A stretch of DNA of 64,000 nucleotides from Tubiluchus corallicola (GCA_030141605.1 JAQGDQ010000038.1:124001-188000); one strand, 5' to 3'. Counted from the first letter of the stretch, positions 48,188-63,505 are shown. The notes: generated from the letters alone by a model not told the origin. Numbers and translations: made by a program.

Positions 48188-51100
48188 TGGTGTGAAAGAT
48201 AAGTATGCTTACGCTTAGATTTTCCGGTGCCCATCTCGAAGAGCACCGCCGGAACGCTCACTGGTGCTTAGAACTCCCAGACTAATTTTACTGAAACAAA
48301 AAAGCAGCATGTAATATCTTACTTTAGACACCACGCAGATTTAACAATAAAGAATAGAATGATTCAGTTTCACCATGCAGATCGATTCGCATGATTTAGT
48401 TAGATTGATTGACTTTGGTACAAACTATATGAGCACAGAATTTTCCCATTAATAAAGTCTTTCTCACAAAGGAAATTAGAAAGTTACGTGTCAAAAATTA
48501 CCAATTTACCGAATACTTATCACCGATCTTCTTACCCTTTCCCCTCCAGCTCCGGTTTTCCCTTCCCATCCAGCGAGCGAGACTCTAGACCTTGGTGCAA
48601 TAATGACCAGCCAATGAGGCTGGATGACATCCAACACAGTTCTTAGTTTAATAACTTAAAATAACCCGAAATTAGCTTTGTATAAATTTTGCTTACTGTA
48701 ATTATATTTCCACTTCTGCGGTTTTCAACGAATTGAACAGCTTCGTTTCACCTTTCACATTTTGTGTCACCTTATTAGTAATCTTGACTGATTTTTCAGC
48801 TACTGCCGAATCTTCCAGGTCTTAGTTTGCGTGCACTACATAAAAAAGACTTCAATGGGTGACGCTGCGCACACGCATTTCAATTCCAATGAGTATACGC
48901 GATTTACACATTGAAGATACCGACAGTTGCAGCTAGTTATGTTTGAAGTGTTCAATGTCCTTGGCGGGCCAGGATTGCTTAACATCCCGCCCACGCTATA
49001 CGCGTAACTGGGATGCTACTGTGGTAGGTGCTGTACAGCAACGTAAATACACTAGGTGGAGAGTTTGTACATACTTGACTGCTAGTAGTTATTGGATAGT
49101 GGATGCGAGAAATAATAAAATAATTTCTCCAAATTTAATGTCATTATTTTTATTCTTCCTTTTCCGTACTTTAGTGTTACTTTTCAGTGTATTCACACAA
49201 TTAACATTTTACCACTTTATTTTTGTCCATCGATAGTTTAATCTTCACTAAAATAAACAATACATAGATCGCAGAATGTCAGTCAACCAGCGGGCTTCCA
49301 CCGTGCAATGACCAATCAGACACATTGTATTTTGGCTCTAACACTTTTCGATTACTTGCGCCAGGACTTACTCCCAACCTTCATGATTGTTTTTACTTGT
49401 TAAATTCATTTAATAGCAGTGAAAGAGAGTAGAAAATGGTGATCGAGGCGTTGTGCTTGGGTCACATTGAACATTGTTAGTTCCCTAGACACTTAGCACC
49501 ACCGATGGATCGAAGGATGCGGGAGCAACATGGACAGCACAATCCATTCAAAATTAACAGATATCCTGCTGTCTGCTCAAACTTTCCTAATTAACACTTT
49601 ATTGTTACTGCTGGCTACATGTAGAAATGCGGCGTGCTATATCAAGACATAGCGCACGGGAATAAGATATTTCAAAGTACTATACTGTACAGCATAACAT
49701 GAGATTTCGTTCGTTGCACATAACTGTATGAATGAACACTATAGACTATACGTTTTTTAATTCTTAATAGTCACAATGTTTAGCTCGGCTAGCTTACTTG
49801 ATTTTTATTTATTTTATTCGGGTATATTATGGTATAATTTATTATCATACATTACTAGTTGACATTATAAACACTTTTTTCTTTTTTTCACTTGATAATA
49901 AACTAAACTGCTATTATGACCAAACCTACTACCAAAAAAATACCAGTAGGTCTACTGTATAACATATTATTAATAACACTAGTATAAATGATAATATACT
50001 AATAAATGTTGCTTAAACAATCTAGTTAATTGAAACAAATCTCAACTGCTACTAATATTTCGAAAAATAAATTACTGAAGCAAAGAAATACTGAATATAA
50101 TAATAGATGCATTATTTGCAACCTGTTTTCTTTCTGCCATTTTTAAAACTTTGATCTTTTCTACTGATTTTTAAACTAAAGACTAGGGCAGATCACAACA
50201 CAGGAGCTATACATGCTTTCACCTTTGTTTATATGTTGAAGCGACTTTCAGCGAGCGAATGTTTGTGAGAACGTCTGTTACGTTATCAAGGTAGGCGGGG
50301 CTAAAAGCCGTTTGCGATCTATGTATTGAGTTTTAAGCACGTATATTCATGTGCGTACGCACGCAGTATACAACTATTATACATGTGCGGCTCCAAAATG
50401 TCTCTTTTTCCCACGAAAATGTTGCTGGATTTTTTTTAAGAGTGCTGTGTCCGCCTGTGTGTATCCCCAGCATTTCTCGAAAATAAATGAAAGCATGTAA
50501 CTAAATTTCACAGAAGAATTGCTTTTATTGACAACTTAAATCACAAGATTTTAGGTCAAGGTCAATTCTTACATAGGTCTATCTTCCAGTCACTGTGGTT
50601 TCAGACCTTTAGCATCAACCTTTAAAAGTCAGATATTTTTCAATATGATGCCGGTCTTTGTCTGCATAGTCACTCTTGATACCAAGTGGCCAATTAAGTG
50701 TATTGTGGGAAGTAACTATAATGCCATGGTAAAAACGTCAATTATAATTGTTTTTTTCACATTACAGGTGGCAAGACTATAATAATTTTCTTCCTTACTT
50801 TAATGAAGCAGTTCAAGATTCCTGTCAAAGATGTGAGACATTTCAAATTGGATGTTGGCCCAAAGGAGTAGTATGGTAAGTGCTGTCCAGAATTCAAAAG
50901 AATCGTCATGATACGTAGCAAATTTGGGGAGTATAGAGTCTCATACCAAGTTTAGAGACTAATGATGGAAGAAATAATGAGAAAGTGGGGCATTGCGTCT
51001 TATGAGAAAGTTCACTAGACTAGACTATTTGGTCCAGTGATTCTAGTTCACTTTTTGTCTCAGTTCAATTTTTATAGCTCACCAATCAATCTTCAGGGGT

Positions 51101-51391
51101 TAGAGTACAAAGTCACTTCAGAGCATCTTTTAATGAATTAACATTTGAAAATGCTGTGTCTATAATAAATCTGATCTGTAATGCTTACAGTTGGATTAAT
51201 TAGTTTCGTAACTAATTGAACATATAAAGTGATCAGTGGGTAATGAATATTGATTCAATTATAATTATTACTATTATTGAATAATTTAATTAGAGTGCTC
51301 AGGATAAGACCCGTTAACAGTTGTGTGATTTTGCGTGTTTGTTGCGGTGCACCATTTGTTACGTGCCTGCTTGGTTTATGAATTGAAAAAA

Positions 51392-54300
51392 ATGGCCACC
51401 GAGGTAGTACAAAATTCTGAAAATGTGCCGGTTTTAGCCGTTACTGCTGCTGTTGGAGCCATAATAATGCTTATTGTGCTAATATGCAACTTGCGGACCA
51501 AAAGCAATGAGAAAGTTAACGACAAGGGTCTGTAAAATTAATAAATTGTAACTTTCAGAACTCTCAGTAGTCCATTCAGGAAGCAAAAATCAAGACTAGG
51601 GGCAGTAGGGTACCCTTTTCCGGGTACTCATTTATAAAGATTGAATCGCAATGAAGAAATTGAAATCATTCACCTAGCTGCACTGTTATCTTAACAATAA
51701 GCATTCAGTTATTGCACGCTAATAGACTGATCATTCTGATTGAGCTAGTACTAGTAGTACTAGTAGTAGTAGTACAACTATAGTACTACAAGTACTAAGT
51801 AGTAATTGTAGTATGGGTTTTGAAACTATGCTAGTTAGTGTTTTGCTACACATCGCATTTGACTGAGTTTTTGCGTTTATTTGCCAAACTTCTTAATTAC
51901 TTGTATTACACGCTTTATCAATGGGTCAGCTGTGGCAGCCTTATTCATTCAGAATATAGGGATTAAGAGAATATCTTTATTTTTTTGAGCATTGTTACAC
52001 TTAACAATACATTCTTTCATACCTTTGTTAGTGGTGTGAAATAGTTTTAAAACGTTAATAAACAAAAAAAAATTGTTTCGATAGCTAACGTCTTGGTAAA
52101 GAAATCCTAGTTTGTTTTTTGTAGGTCACATTGTTTTTCTCTTGTTTTAGTTTTTTCTTGCTTTGAAATATTATAAACTCATTCACACAAAAGTAATCGT
52201 ACAGTATTGCTAAGTAATCAATACCAGAGACTTGACGCCAAGTAGTCAAGTAATTAATTGCTAAGAGTCGATTATTCACGCAACTACTTGGAACACCATT
52301 GCTTGGAACATTAAAATGATTTTGTTTGCTAGGTTTCTTTGCTATTGCAACACGTGGAGCCCCTATCATATCCTATATTCATATAGCCTGTAATCACTGT
52401 GACTGAATCAGCAAATAGGCTTCTAAAATAAACCTGAAATAAATGCTATTATCTATGATGATTGCTAACATATGTAACAATGTACCCATAAATGCTTAAT
52501 ATGTTGATTTGGCCTCACAATACCATTTGTGCATCTGTCAAACAAACAATAGCATCTGCCTTTACAAAAATGACAATACTAGCCATTCTGACAAAGCATA
52601 TACTACCAAAAATGGCTAAATGTTCTAGACAGTTTAATGTATGGCAATTATAATATTTGTATTAATATAATAAATATGACATTTTAGAACTTAACTGCAA
52701 ATGACTTCAGCTTATGGTGCTCCTATGTTAGTTAGCATGCTAAAGCCTACTACATTGTGTGGTTTTGAGTGCTAGAATAATTACACTAATTACATCATGG
52801 TCTATGAAATGTATTTTAAGCTATATCATGCATTGGTATATCAATAAATTAAAAGGCATTGGTTCAAACAAATAAATCAAAATGTGCTCTATGAAAAACA
52901 TTAATTTTTCGATGTAGTTTAGTGTTCTTCATTTATAACTAATAATACTGCTTGAAATTTAGCTAGTTTAGTTTATTTATTCAGAATTAAGGCACTGTTT
53001 AATTTTTGCTGCACTTGCATCTTTGGTGGGTCCCCGCAACCGTACATATATATATATATATGTTTGTGTGTGTGTATACGTCATTGCCGCTGATCGTCAC
53101 TGTTCATATATTATAATCATCAGACATTGTCTAATCTTCAAGCTACTGTTATTTTCAATGTATTAAAAGAGGAGCTCACTCTATTCAACAATGCCTAAAC
53201 TAGTCAGCTTGCATTTTTCAACCAAAGTACTTTTGTGCTCTTTGATTTATGTCGAATTTATCTATATCGTGAGATAGTGAATTTATTTATTTAGATGAGG
53301 ACGCATCACGTCACATTAATAACAGTCAGAAAAAAGAAAAGAAGAAGGAACGTGTGTCATCCAAGCGAAAAGAGGTGAAATCTACTTTTTCACATCCATG
53401 GTTAGCGTCTTCCCTAAAAGCGCATAGCGATGTAATACTTGGTTGTGATTTTAGTCCAAATGGAAAGTATCTTGCGTCATGTTCTGCAGGTTTGTCATTA
53501 TTTTGTATTTCTAATTAGTATAGTTTTTACTATGTATATGTACTTAAAAGACTGCTACAGCTTTGCTAATAATGTCTTATAAAAATTTGTGTGATTTTTC
53601 GTTTTTTTGCAATAATCAGTGGAACTAGTTTAGTATCATAAAAATCAGTGTGCATATACTAGCATTTTTAAGGAAAAATGCAGGCCTTATTTTGCTCTAC
53701 ACTCTTATTTTTGTGGGTTATGCAATACATACCTATACATTTAATTTGAGTGTACACACTCAAATTTTACAGATAATCCCAAATAGCTGAAAATTTTAGC
53801 TATTATGAAGAAATAGCAAGGCATATTTTTTTTACTTTAAATTGTAAAATGCAATTGTACCATTGCTGTTTTTTGGAGGGCGCAGCCTTGTTTGTTTAAA
53901 GAATTCATGCAAGCTTTCATTGTGCAGCTGCTGCCTGTACCTATGTCGGGTCAGCAGTTGGATCTGCATCAACATTATTTTATAGCAACAAGAACGGGGC
54001 AAAACAAAAGAATCACGAAAACTGATAAGTCAAAACTGATACGTGAAAATGTTTTTAGAAGCGTTTGACAATAATAAAACAAGTAAAATTTAAATAGTAA
54101 GCAAAATCTACAACAGAATTGGGTTTAAAAAAAGCATTTTATAGCTGTTGAAAAATCTTGTTTATTATGCTGAATTCAGTAATTGAAATGTAATGGGTTT
54201 ATTATTGCTTCTAAGAACTAACACTGTGTATTATTCTATTTAGAAGTCTGCTTTTTGTCTGAAACTGTGATCAATAACATAATTAATGTGTTTTGTACAA

Positions 54301-57300
54301 GTTCTGTTTTTGATATTAGTAGTATTTAATATAAGCTGCAATGATTATCATAATAACACTTCCTCTTTATATTTTGGTTAATAGTTCATCAGATTGGCAC
54401 CCTATACTTTTGTTCCACCCTATACTGCTATCTGGAGAGTGACAGTACTGAACTTTTCAGTTTTGTCAAATTTATGGCAAATTCTTGAACTGGACTGTAG
54501 AGTCGGAGTTGTGGAGTCTGAATTGGAGTTGGCAGTAAATTTGTTGCTAAAAGAGTCGAAGTTGTTAAAAATTAGGGCCTGGACTCTGAAGTACACTTAT
54601 TGTTAGAGGGCTCGGTGAAAATAGACGAACTGAGAATCCAGTTACTTTTGAAACAATTATACCTAATACTATACTTATACCTAATAATGCCACGATATTA
54701 ATAATATAATAGTTATAACCATTAGGAGTCAAATTCAGAGAAGTTGGAGTCGGGAGTTTAGTATATCGATCTCCACAGCCCTGTTCTTGAAATATTCTAC
54801 ATTTCCTGTGCCTGTGCTGTCACTGTGTATACGTCGTGCAACTTGTTTTCAGATCGGTCTGTCCTACTGTGGTCAGTGAAAGAATTTTCACAAAAGGAAC
54901 ATAAGTCAGTAAGAGCTAATGTTGAACTGGACCATGCCACTCAAGTGAAATTCAGTCCTGATTCAAGGTAGATTTTTTTGATATTGTTTTATATTTACAC
55001 TTTGTCTTTTCTAAAATATAAAGCACAAGAAGAAGAATTTAGTGTTCACGGAGAGCTTAGCAGCTGAACTTAAACACTGCCAGACCTCATTTGTAAATGT
55101 ATGGGTGATCACCAAAAGCAGCCAAACTGTACATCATAAAAATATTGTACTTTGCCCATTATACTCTTATTTCAGTAATGTACAGTCAATTGTTGTTGTA
55201 CAATTTCTTCTCCTGTGCAAACCAGCAATGTGACTTTATTCTAGAGTGAATTTTGGTGGCGTCATGCCCATGATAACTTCATGTAATAGTAATTTTTAAA
55301 AGGGACTGTAACGAGTTACATTTTTAAATATGTAACTGTAACTGTAACAGATATGTCAGTAAAGGAACTATCCGAACAGCTACTCAATATTTCATGTTAC
55401 AAAGTTATTCTTAATGAGATAAGTTCTATTCCTTATACTAACAAGTCGTAGTAAATAAGCCGTGTCGTTGAGTACTGAATTCCAGTTTGCAGTTCCGAAT
55501 TATGTAACAAAAAACATTAATAACAAGCTAAGGAAACTGAGTGTGTAGCGTTTCTTTTTTTAATTTCCCCTTAATGCAAATTACTTACAGAAATTTCATG
55601 TAAATTAAAATAATCTCTCAGTACAGTCTTCTCCTCATTAGGCTTTGTATTTCATATTACATTTTTTGTATTCTATTGCATCATATACTTTCTTATTGCT
55701 TTTACTTAAAAGACTCGGAATAAACGGTAAATATATGCTAGTACACACTATAGATAGTTTTGATGCATATACATTATAAATCTATGAGCTTAGGCTAGAC
55801 AGCTCAAGTTGTGACTATTTATTAGTTATATATTTTGCAATTTTGCAAAATTATTTTAGTATCATGCTGTCATCACAAAATTTGCAAAACTTTGTGAATA
55901 TATATGTTGGTAAGCAATAGTGGTGGCATAGAAACAGTTGCCAATAACTTCTAAAAAGTAAATTCCCATTTTTTAGTTAGATAGAGTTGTGATTTTTTTT
56001 CATTTGCTTTTTAATATTGCATGTGTGGACTATGGAGGCTTGTGCCCAATGCCTAAAGGCTAAAGCAGCAATGCTGCGGCAGACTCCAGTCATACCACTT
56101 TTCCATACAATGTCTAGTTGACTAGCAGGTGGACCTTCCAAGTCAGTTTTGAGACCAAGTCATTGGCTTGTCTCTTCTCTCGACATAATTTCTAATTCAG
56201 TTACAAAATCACTTATTGTATCTTTAATTATATTAAGCATATTATAATGTATTAATTAACACTATTTTGTTTAGGGCATTTTTGACTAGTTTAGCTAATA
56301 ACAACACTGTAAGGATTTTCAAACTTGGAAAGAAAGCAGATGGTTCATTGGGAAATATTGGTGCTGATACTTCCACAGATTTTCCCCAGGTAAATATTTT
56401 AATAATCATTTAAGTATTAAGAACTATGCTGAAAAGTTTTATAGTTTAACCATGGTTTGGTTCGTGGAAGATTGTTTTTGTTGAAATCAAATTATTAACT
56501 AAATGAAATTTGTTTCAATTCTTATCCTGTTGAATAGTTTTCATATATGAAACAAAAATTGAGGGAAAAATTAACAAAAAATCTAGAGGACCCGTTGTTA
56601 TCATTTTTTATAGTTGGTAGAAATGCTTTTTCATTCAGTTAATTTAAATAATTTAAAGTTAATTAATCAAAATAACTTATTTTTTAAACAAGACCAAGGA
56701 TCTTTCACATGTATTTGGCAAGTTCATTCTAATGTAAAAATTTAAACTTTTTTATGTGAAAGCTTTTGTTATTTAAAGTAATCTAACATAGGCAGTTATT
56801 TATGGTTTTCATCATTTTTATCAAATGTCTGTTACCCCGAGATGAACAGCTGAGCTAACAGCAGTAGAGTCATCAAAATCATTTGATAAGGTTTGAAGTG
56901 TTAATTGGAATAATTTTAGATAACTTATGCCTTGCAACTGAAATACTCCTAAAGATAGACCTAACTTTAATCACTTTAGTGGCACAATAATGACTAATAG
57001 CCTACTCTTTATTTACTCTGTTGTTTAGCGTTACAATTACGATAAATAATTTCCATTCAAATTGTTTATTTATTTTTAAATAAGATCAAGCTTCTTTCAG
57101 ATATTTATTTGACAAGTTAGATCTAGATATGATTGTTGTGAATAGTTTGGTTTAATTGTAAGCTGCACATTTGTTCCAAATTAATTTTTTGTTACAATTA
57201 ATCAATAGTTACTTTATTTCAACGTTGTTATAAATACCATCCAAACATCATTACTAACCATGTTTAGTTAAATTACAAGCAAAACTGAGTCTTTGTATTG

Positions 57301-60300
57301 AATGTGATAGCTACATACTAAACGCTTGAAAAATATTGATTATTACAGGCTCATAAAGCTGAAATCATTAATATTGGTATTGCATCTAGTGGGAAATTCA
57401 TTATGTCCATTTCGTCTGACACAACCTTAATTGTCTGGGACCTAAAAGGCGAAGTTCTTGCAACAATTGATACTCATCAGATGCAGAATTATCATGGCAC
57501 AGTGTCACCTTGTGGCCGCTTTGTAGCCAGTTCAGGTATGAGAAACATAAATCTGAAAAATGTGTCTAATGTCTCATTAGATTAGTCATTAGTGTAATAT
57601 ATTTTTCTTGTACATGTTTTAGTGCATGTGAATATTTTTTGGAGTACGAATTGATTAAGTTTCGTGAAGGACTAGGAAGCTACAAGAACAGTAGCAACAA
57701 GAAAAGGGGGATTTTCCCGGATACGTCAGAGAATTAAGATTTATGTCAGGGAGTCAAATGTGTCTGGAAATTGTTATAAAATCAGCATTCTGTAGTCATT
57801 TCCTATTTTTGAAACTTGCAACCATTTAACATGCAGTGAATGCATATGCTACCAATGAAGCTAAATCTAAATAAATATTTGCCAGGTTGATTTTCCAGCA
57901 CAATTTTAATAATCATTAAGTTTGATTTTTTTGGCTTTTTTAAAGTTTGTTTATAAATTTTCTTCCTTTATTTCGCTTTTTGTCTAGCTTACCAAGATTT
58001 TGTAAAATTTTGTAAATCTATATTGATCATTGACAAATTTGATATATATAGTTGCAGTCTAAAAACCAAAAAAAATCATCAGCAGCTGCCATTGAAATCT
58101 CAGAATATAGTTTCAAAGCATGAATTTTTTATTTATTAGTGGTATTAAAATCCCAACTTACTGTATTTCATCACGTTGCCAGACAGTATAGTAGTTCTTT
58201 TTTATTTTAATAATTTTTCAGTATTTTGCATGATTTGCATAAACAGTATTGAAATTTTATAAGTCTTTGGCTCTCTGCCTTGCATTACTGGCCTGCTGTG
58301 AGTCCAGGCAACTCACCTCCATCCCAACCCCCAGGGAAAATGAAAAAATATACAAAATCAGGAGTTGAACCTGAGCAGTGATTACCTGTATTCCTTGCCA
58401 GTGCTGCAAGAACGAACCTGTGATGTTAAATGGAGTACCTGTTTCAGTTCTGATTTGAAAACTAATTTTTGCTTCTTATTGCCTTTCCTTTTCTCGTATG
58501 ATGTTTCAGAGTATGAATTCAGAAAGCCTAATTTCTTTTTAGTAACATCTTACAATTCAGATGAATTTGCAAATAACTAAAATTCTCATTGCTTATAATT
58601 AAACTTAAGCGTTTAATTTAACACATTGCCTGAAAAAGTATGCACAATCTGTCTGTCTGAGGAAAACTAGCAAAATTGCCTCTGTTACTAGATTTTTATA
58701 CGAATTGGTATAATTATGCACGAATCATGCAGATTATTTATTTTTGTTTTGTCACTTATACACAACTAGTTTACAACTTTATGTAATTTTTATGTATACA
58801 CATTTATTATTTGCATCTGAAATAAACAACTCTAATTGGTATACTGGTGATCTAATTGCAAATTATATTATTACTTCCTTTCTCTATAGAAAGCTATTCA
58901 AATTGACAATTAATATAAATTCATCTTTTGCTTATTTAAGGTTTTACACCTGATGTTAAAGTGTGGGAAGTTTGCTTTGATAAATCTGGAACATTTAAGG
59001 AGGTGGCTCGAGCATTTGAACTAAAAGGTCACACTGCTGGGGTGTACAGCTTTGCTTTCAATAATGATTCTACTCGTATGGTAACTGTTTCTAAAGATGG
59101 CACCTGGAAATTCTGGGACACATGGGGTAAGTGTTAATAAATGATCCTCAGTGAACATAGGATAAGTTTGCCCAATTAAGTAATACCCCTGTACACTTCG
59201 TTACGTTGCAGCTTCCTCATGATTTATTTGGAAATCACAAAGACTTAACAAGGCTTTATAAAGGGGACATCGACACACACAAACCTGTGCAATCGCATGC
59301 GTTTTATGGCTCAATTATGATAGAAAGTTGTACTTTAAATATCATGATTATTTATTTATTTATTATTTTTTTGTAAAGCTACATCATTCACTGTCGTATG
59401 TTTTTTCTTTGTTAAAGTTAGTTTTCAATTTTTGGTTGTGCCACGAAATTTAAACTTGTTTTGCATATTGAGAGACAAATTTTGTTTTGGGATCCTCTTT
59501 TCTGCAAGCTCATTTGAGTTTTATGTAAATACATTATTGTCATCTTACTTTCATTTGAGTTGATCTTATTGAATAATGCCTTTAAAAGATAAACCTGATG
59601 TTTTTTCATTATGATATAGTCAAAAAGTGTGTGCACAGGTTCTAGAATAATCTTTTTAAATTTTTAATAATTATACAGTTGAGTACAAACTACAGCAAGA
59701 TCCCAGGCTGCTTATAACTTCAAAGTATAATTCCCCGGGACCAAGTAAGATCGCACTGTCTCCAGATGGTAGGGCAGTTGCTGTAGCCTCTGATCGGCAC
59801 TTGTGGATGTACATGGCAAGCACCGCAGAAGAGATGGCTAGTATCGACGATGTTCACGATAGTAAGTATGCAGCTGAGATTTTAAGATTTACGTGCTGAG
59901 AACTTAGCAAAATGTTCATAAAGATCTTTAAGACATGCTTGAAGATGTTCACATTTAAGCACCACATTGGCAATGCAGGTCCAAGACTTTGAAATGAATT
60001 AGGTGATAAATTAAAAATGGCCTCATCACCATGGAAATTTAAAAATAAATTCAAAGCTAACATTTTCAATAAACATTGTAATTCTCCCTGATATATCTGT
60101 TGTAGCTGCTGCATTACCTACTACCACATTGACAATTAATTGACATAAGTTAATAATGTGGTATTTATCGCAATGTACACCATCCCTTCCCTTCCTTGCG
60201 CTAGTTTTTCTCAAAGTTTATTACTGTTACTAACCTTCTTTCTTCTCTTATTTCACATGTACCTCCATATGTGAATTTTACTGAAAATCATATTAATTAT

Positions 60301-60669
60301 TAGATTACATCGTGTTATAGTTTTATTTCTGTATGTTTTGTACTGTTGTATTGGATGTGATAATTAAATTACTATTACAAATTACAATAGCTAACCTGTA
60401 CTTTTCTCTGCACTAATGTGCACGATGAATTTGTTCATTTTGTTCTAGGCAAAATAATGGACCTTGCCTTTGATACTTCTGGTCGATATTTGATAACAGC
60501 TGGAGGACGGCATATGAGAGTCTTTCACAATGTAGTCGGCTACCAGGCCACGGTAATCGATCTTAAGGACAAACTAAAAAGTGCCAAATCTGACACGCTC
60601 AAAGAACGATTGCAGCAGCAGTTGAAAGAAGTGCAGAAAACGCTAGCATGTATACTAGAAAAAGGATAA
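51392..60669 (+). CDS. TBL2: Transducin beta-like protein 2 (N-terminal TM anchor plus WD40 repeats)
   Basis: Exons 51392-51527 (TM VLAVTAAVGAIIMLIVLI), 53295-53489 (FSHPWLASSLKAHS..DFSPNGKYLASCS), 54853-54967 (RANVELDHA..FSPDS), 56275-56389, 57349-57535, 58941-59126 (GFTPDVKVWEV..RAFELKGHTAGV..SKDGTWKFWD), 59679-59861 (VEYKLQQDPRLL), 60449-60669 (RVFHNVVGY..RLQQQL). Confidence 0.95.
54490..54783. mobile_element. hAT-family MITE with GGAGTC subterminal repeats
   Basis: Perfect 8-bp TSD TTCTTGAA (54482-54489 and 54784-54791). Ends ctggactgtagagtcgg and tctccacagccctg (CAGGGCTGTGGAG-type). Confidence 0.88.
59935..60070 (+). mobile_element. Short 3' fragment of a CR1/L2-type LINE in the last TBL2 intron
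   Basis: Translates KHHIGNAGPRL*NELGDKLKMASSPWKFKNKFK, like the GPRLWNEL..FK..LK end of LINE ORF2. Confidence 0.6.
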
Positions 60670-61748
60670 CTTATAGTTACTGATTTTTTCTTACACTTTT
60701 TTTAACTTAATAAAATTTTCTATGGCATTTTTGTGAGTTTTGTTTTTAATGGTATGATAATGCATACTCCAAACTAAAAGGATTGTGCAAGCATGTCACG
60801 TCCGCTGAGTAAGTGAATGTGAAAATGAATACTGTGCAACAAACTAACACAATTTAAATATTAACAATGTTGGAAATGTTTTTGGTCCATTAGTAGAACC
60901 GGTATGCCATTTTAATTACCATGGTGCATTTCATCTGTGTTTAGGTGTTGGTCACATTGTAGGTAATGAGTTGTGCTAATTGATATTAAATTATGATATT
61001 TGTTTACAAACGTGCTCAATAATAATGTCTTGACGGGATTTTCCTTATTGTGATGATTATGAGTATTGTTTGTAAACAAAATACTGTATGTATTTGTTTG
61101 AGACTCCATTTATTTAACTGTTACTAATAAACCGGGACCTTATTAAAGTAGTTATTGCCGGCCAACATAGTATGATGTTAGTAGCAGGGAAAAATATATT
61201 AGAAATATGCTTGACTGCACCAAGTTGAACTGCCACTGTTTCAACTCGGCATGCACTATTAGTTATGAGTCATTTTAATAAATATACACACTAAGTTGCT
61301 AAAAGATACTATAGCAAAATAACAAATTCAGGAAATAATTACAGAGGTGCAAGATCTGCAAGTAAATTGATTAAATAAGGGGATATTTACACAAACAAAT
61401 AATAAATGCCAGTACTACATGTGTAATTGTCTACAAATCAATAAATATGGTATTTGCTAACAAGAAACAAAGTTGACCAGCAAAATAATATGAAAATAAT
61501 AACATATTCTTCTTAAAACTGCAGAAAAAAACAGTTTGTGCGATGATATGTTCACCGACAAACTATAAAGAATAATCTGTAAAGGATATGATCTAGAATA
61601 TGAATAGATCTGTGTCACATGCTTTAACATCAATTTCACGTGTAGCTGTTACACGAGCAAAATTTTAAAGAAACAACAGATATACAGTTTATAAATTAAA
61701 GGCAATAAATTGCAAGGAAAATACAATATACTGACATAGAATTTGTAA

Positions 61749-63505
61749 TTAGCGATTGCCATCTGAACTAATATCATGAGGCACACTCATAGCTGACATA
61801 TCATCTGCTATAGCGTCCAGTACATCTAGCAATAGCTCTCTGCTCAAAGACCGAATTCGGGAAAGTTTGGCCACCTACAAAAATTAAACAATTCCATTTT
61901 GTAAAAAGTACAGAAATTGTTTTATTTATTTCTATAAAAAAAGAGAAACATTTGTTGAATTTACGTGATAATTCTTACTGCATGAAATAAAAACAAACAA
62001 TTGAGTTTTTCTGTAGAAATTATGCTACAGTGTTATGTTGCAATCTGAAATAGAAAATGCATGAATTCCATTTGTGCTTCAGAAAGTGCTGCAAAGTTTT
62101 AGTTTTACTTTTTATTTACTAGATGATCTTAATTATACAGTATTTACAGTATTTTTTACATTTGGTTAGTACCAGTTTAAGATATTTTAAAAGAACAAGA
62201 TGTTATAACAGCAAATACACAGTACAAGAGGGCATTTGCATGAAACTTATCATGCCATGTATGAAAATTTAGGAAGCAACACTAACGCCAAGTCAAAAAT
62301 AAGTTTTCTAAAATGCAAATAATTATTATATATGCACTATGTAATAGAATAAATACTATATACTTTAACTGTTGTTTTTTCAACCAAGTTGTTTTGTACA
62401 ATAAACAAATTTACCTAAATTTGGTAGCATGTTTTTATAAGCTAAAAGCAGTGGTTTCATTCTCAACAAAGTCTAACAGAAGAAAAATAGTTACCTTAGT
62501 AATGGTTCTTCAACTTAAACTATGTTAAATACAATTCAATTACATTTTTGTCTACTGCATCTGTTATTTTTCCCTAGCATTACGAACAAACAGGGCTTGC
62601 TAAGTCTGGTCTTTGCCCTTTGGGTAGATAGGCCAGTAAACGATATAGGAAAGTTACTTTGATGAGAGATTAATAAATTAATAAATTAGAAAATGGCTCA
62701 ACACAGATTATTACAATTACCTTTTTGAAGTGTCTGACAATAATGCCAAGAGCATGTTTCTTCATATCAGTTGCTTGAATACGATCAGCAGCTTCCAAAA
62801 TCTAAACATAATAAAAATTTAACAAAATGAAAAATTCATTTAAGTAGGTCTAGTAACCTAATGTTCGGCATTTCCTTGCAATAAAACTGTTAAACACCAG
62901 CATCACATGTAAGTCCTGTGCAGAAATTATGAAAAACTTGAGACAAAACCAAAAATGCAAGAAGAATACAATGAGAATAAGTAAACAGATTTAAACAAAT
63001 TTTACTTTCAGCAGTGTTTAAGCTGATATTGGAGTGCGCTGATTTGTTATCTTGAAAAAAATCGACAGACCACTCAATCTTAAGGCTAAGGGAAGCGTAC
63101 CACTTTCCTTGGCCAATCTTCTCAAAACTTCAGAAACAAAACACTCACATGAGCTAATAAAGGAAGTGCTAGTCTAGTCTGCCTCGGAACGGTACTACTT
63201 TGCCACTTAACTAATTCTTTTTCTAGGTTCTCAGTACTCTTGAAACAGAGAGAAATGCAAAATATTAAGTTATCAGTTACAATGTTTAGCGCTTGACAAA
63301 CCTGAACAACATTTTCAAAGGTGACGTTACGCTCAAGGTTTTGTTTGCAATATGCCTGCAATCGATTATTAGCAAAGCCGTAGAAGTATGGTGCAGAAAA
63401 CAGATACAGTGAGTCCTCTGGTGGCATAGACACGTCACCGGAGTAAATATATCGCAGAAGTGAGTCGAACGACTGTTTTGATGGTATCATCTCTCCAATG
63501 GTAAT
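61749..63505 (-). CDS. LZTR1: Leucine-zipper-like transcriptional regulator 1 (Kelch-BTB CUL3 adaptor), last three exons; gene continues beyond the window
   Basis: 63505-63302 ([58 protein letters not shown]), 62801-62721 ([18 protein letters not shown]) and 61874-61749 ([20 protein letters not shown]) closely match the recalled LZTR1 second BTB/BACK region. Confidence 0.95.
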
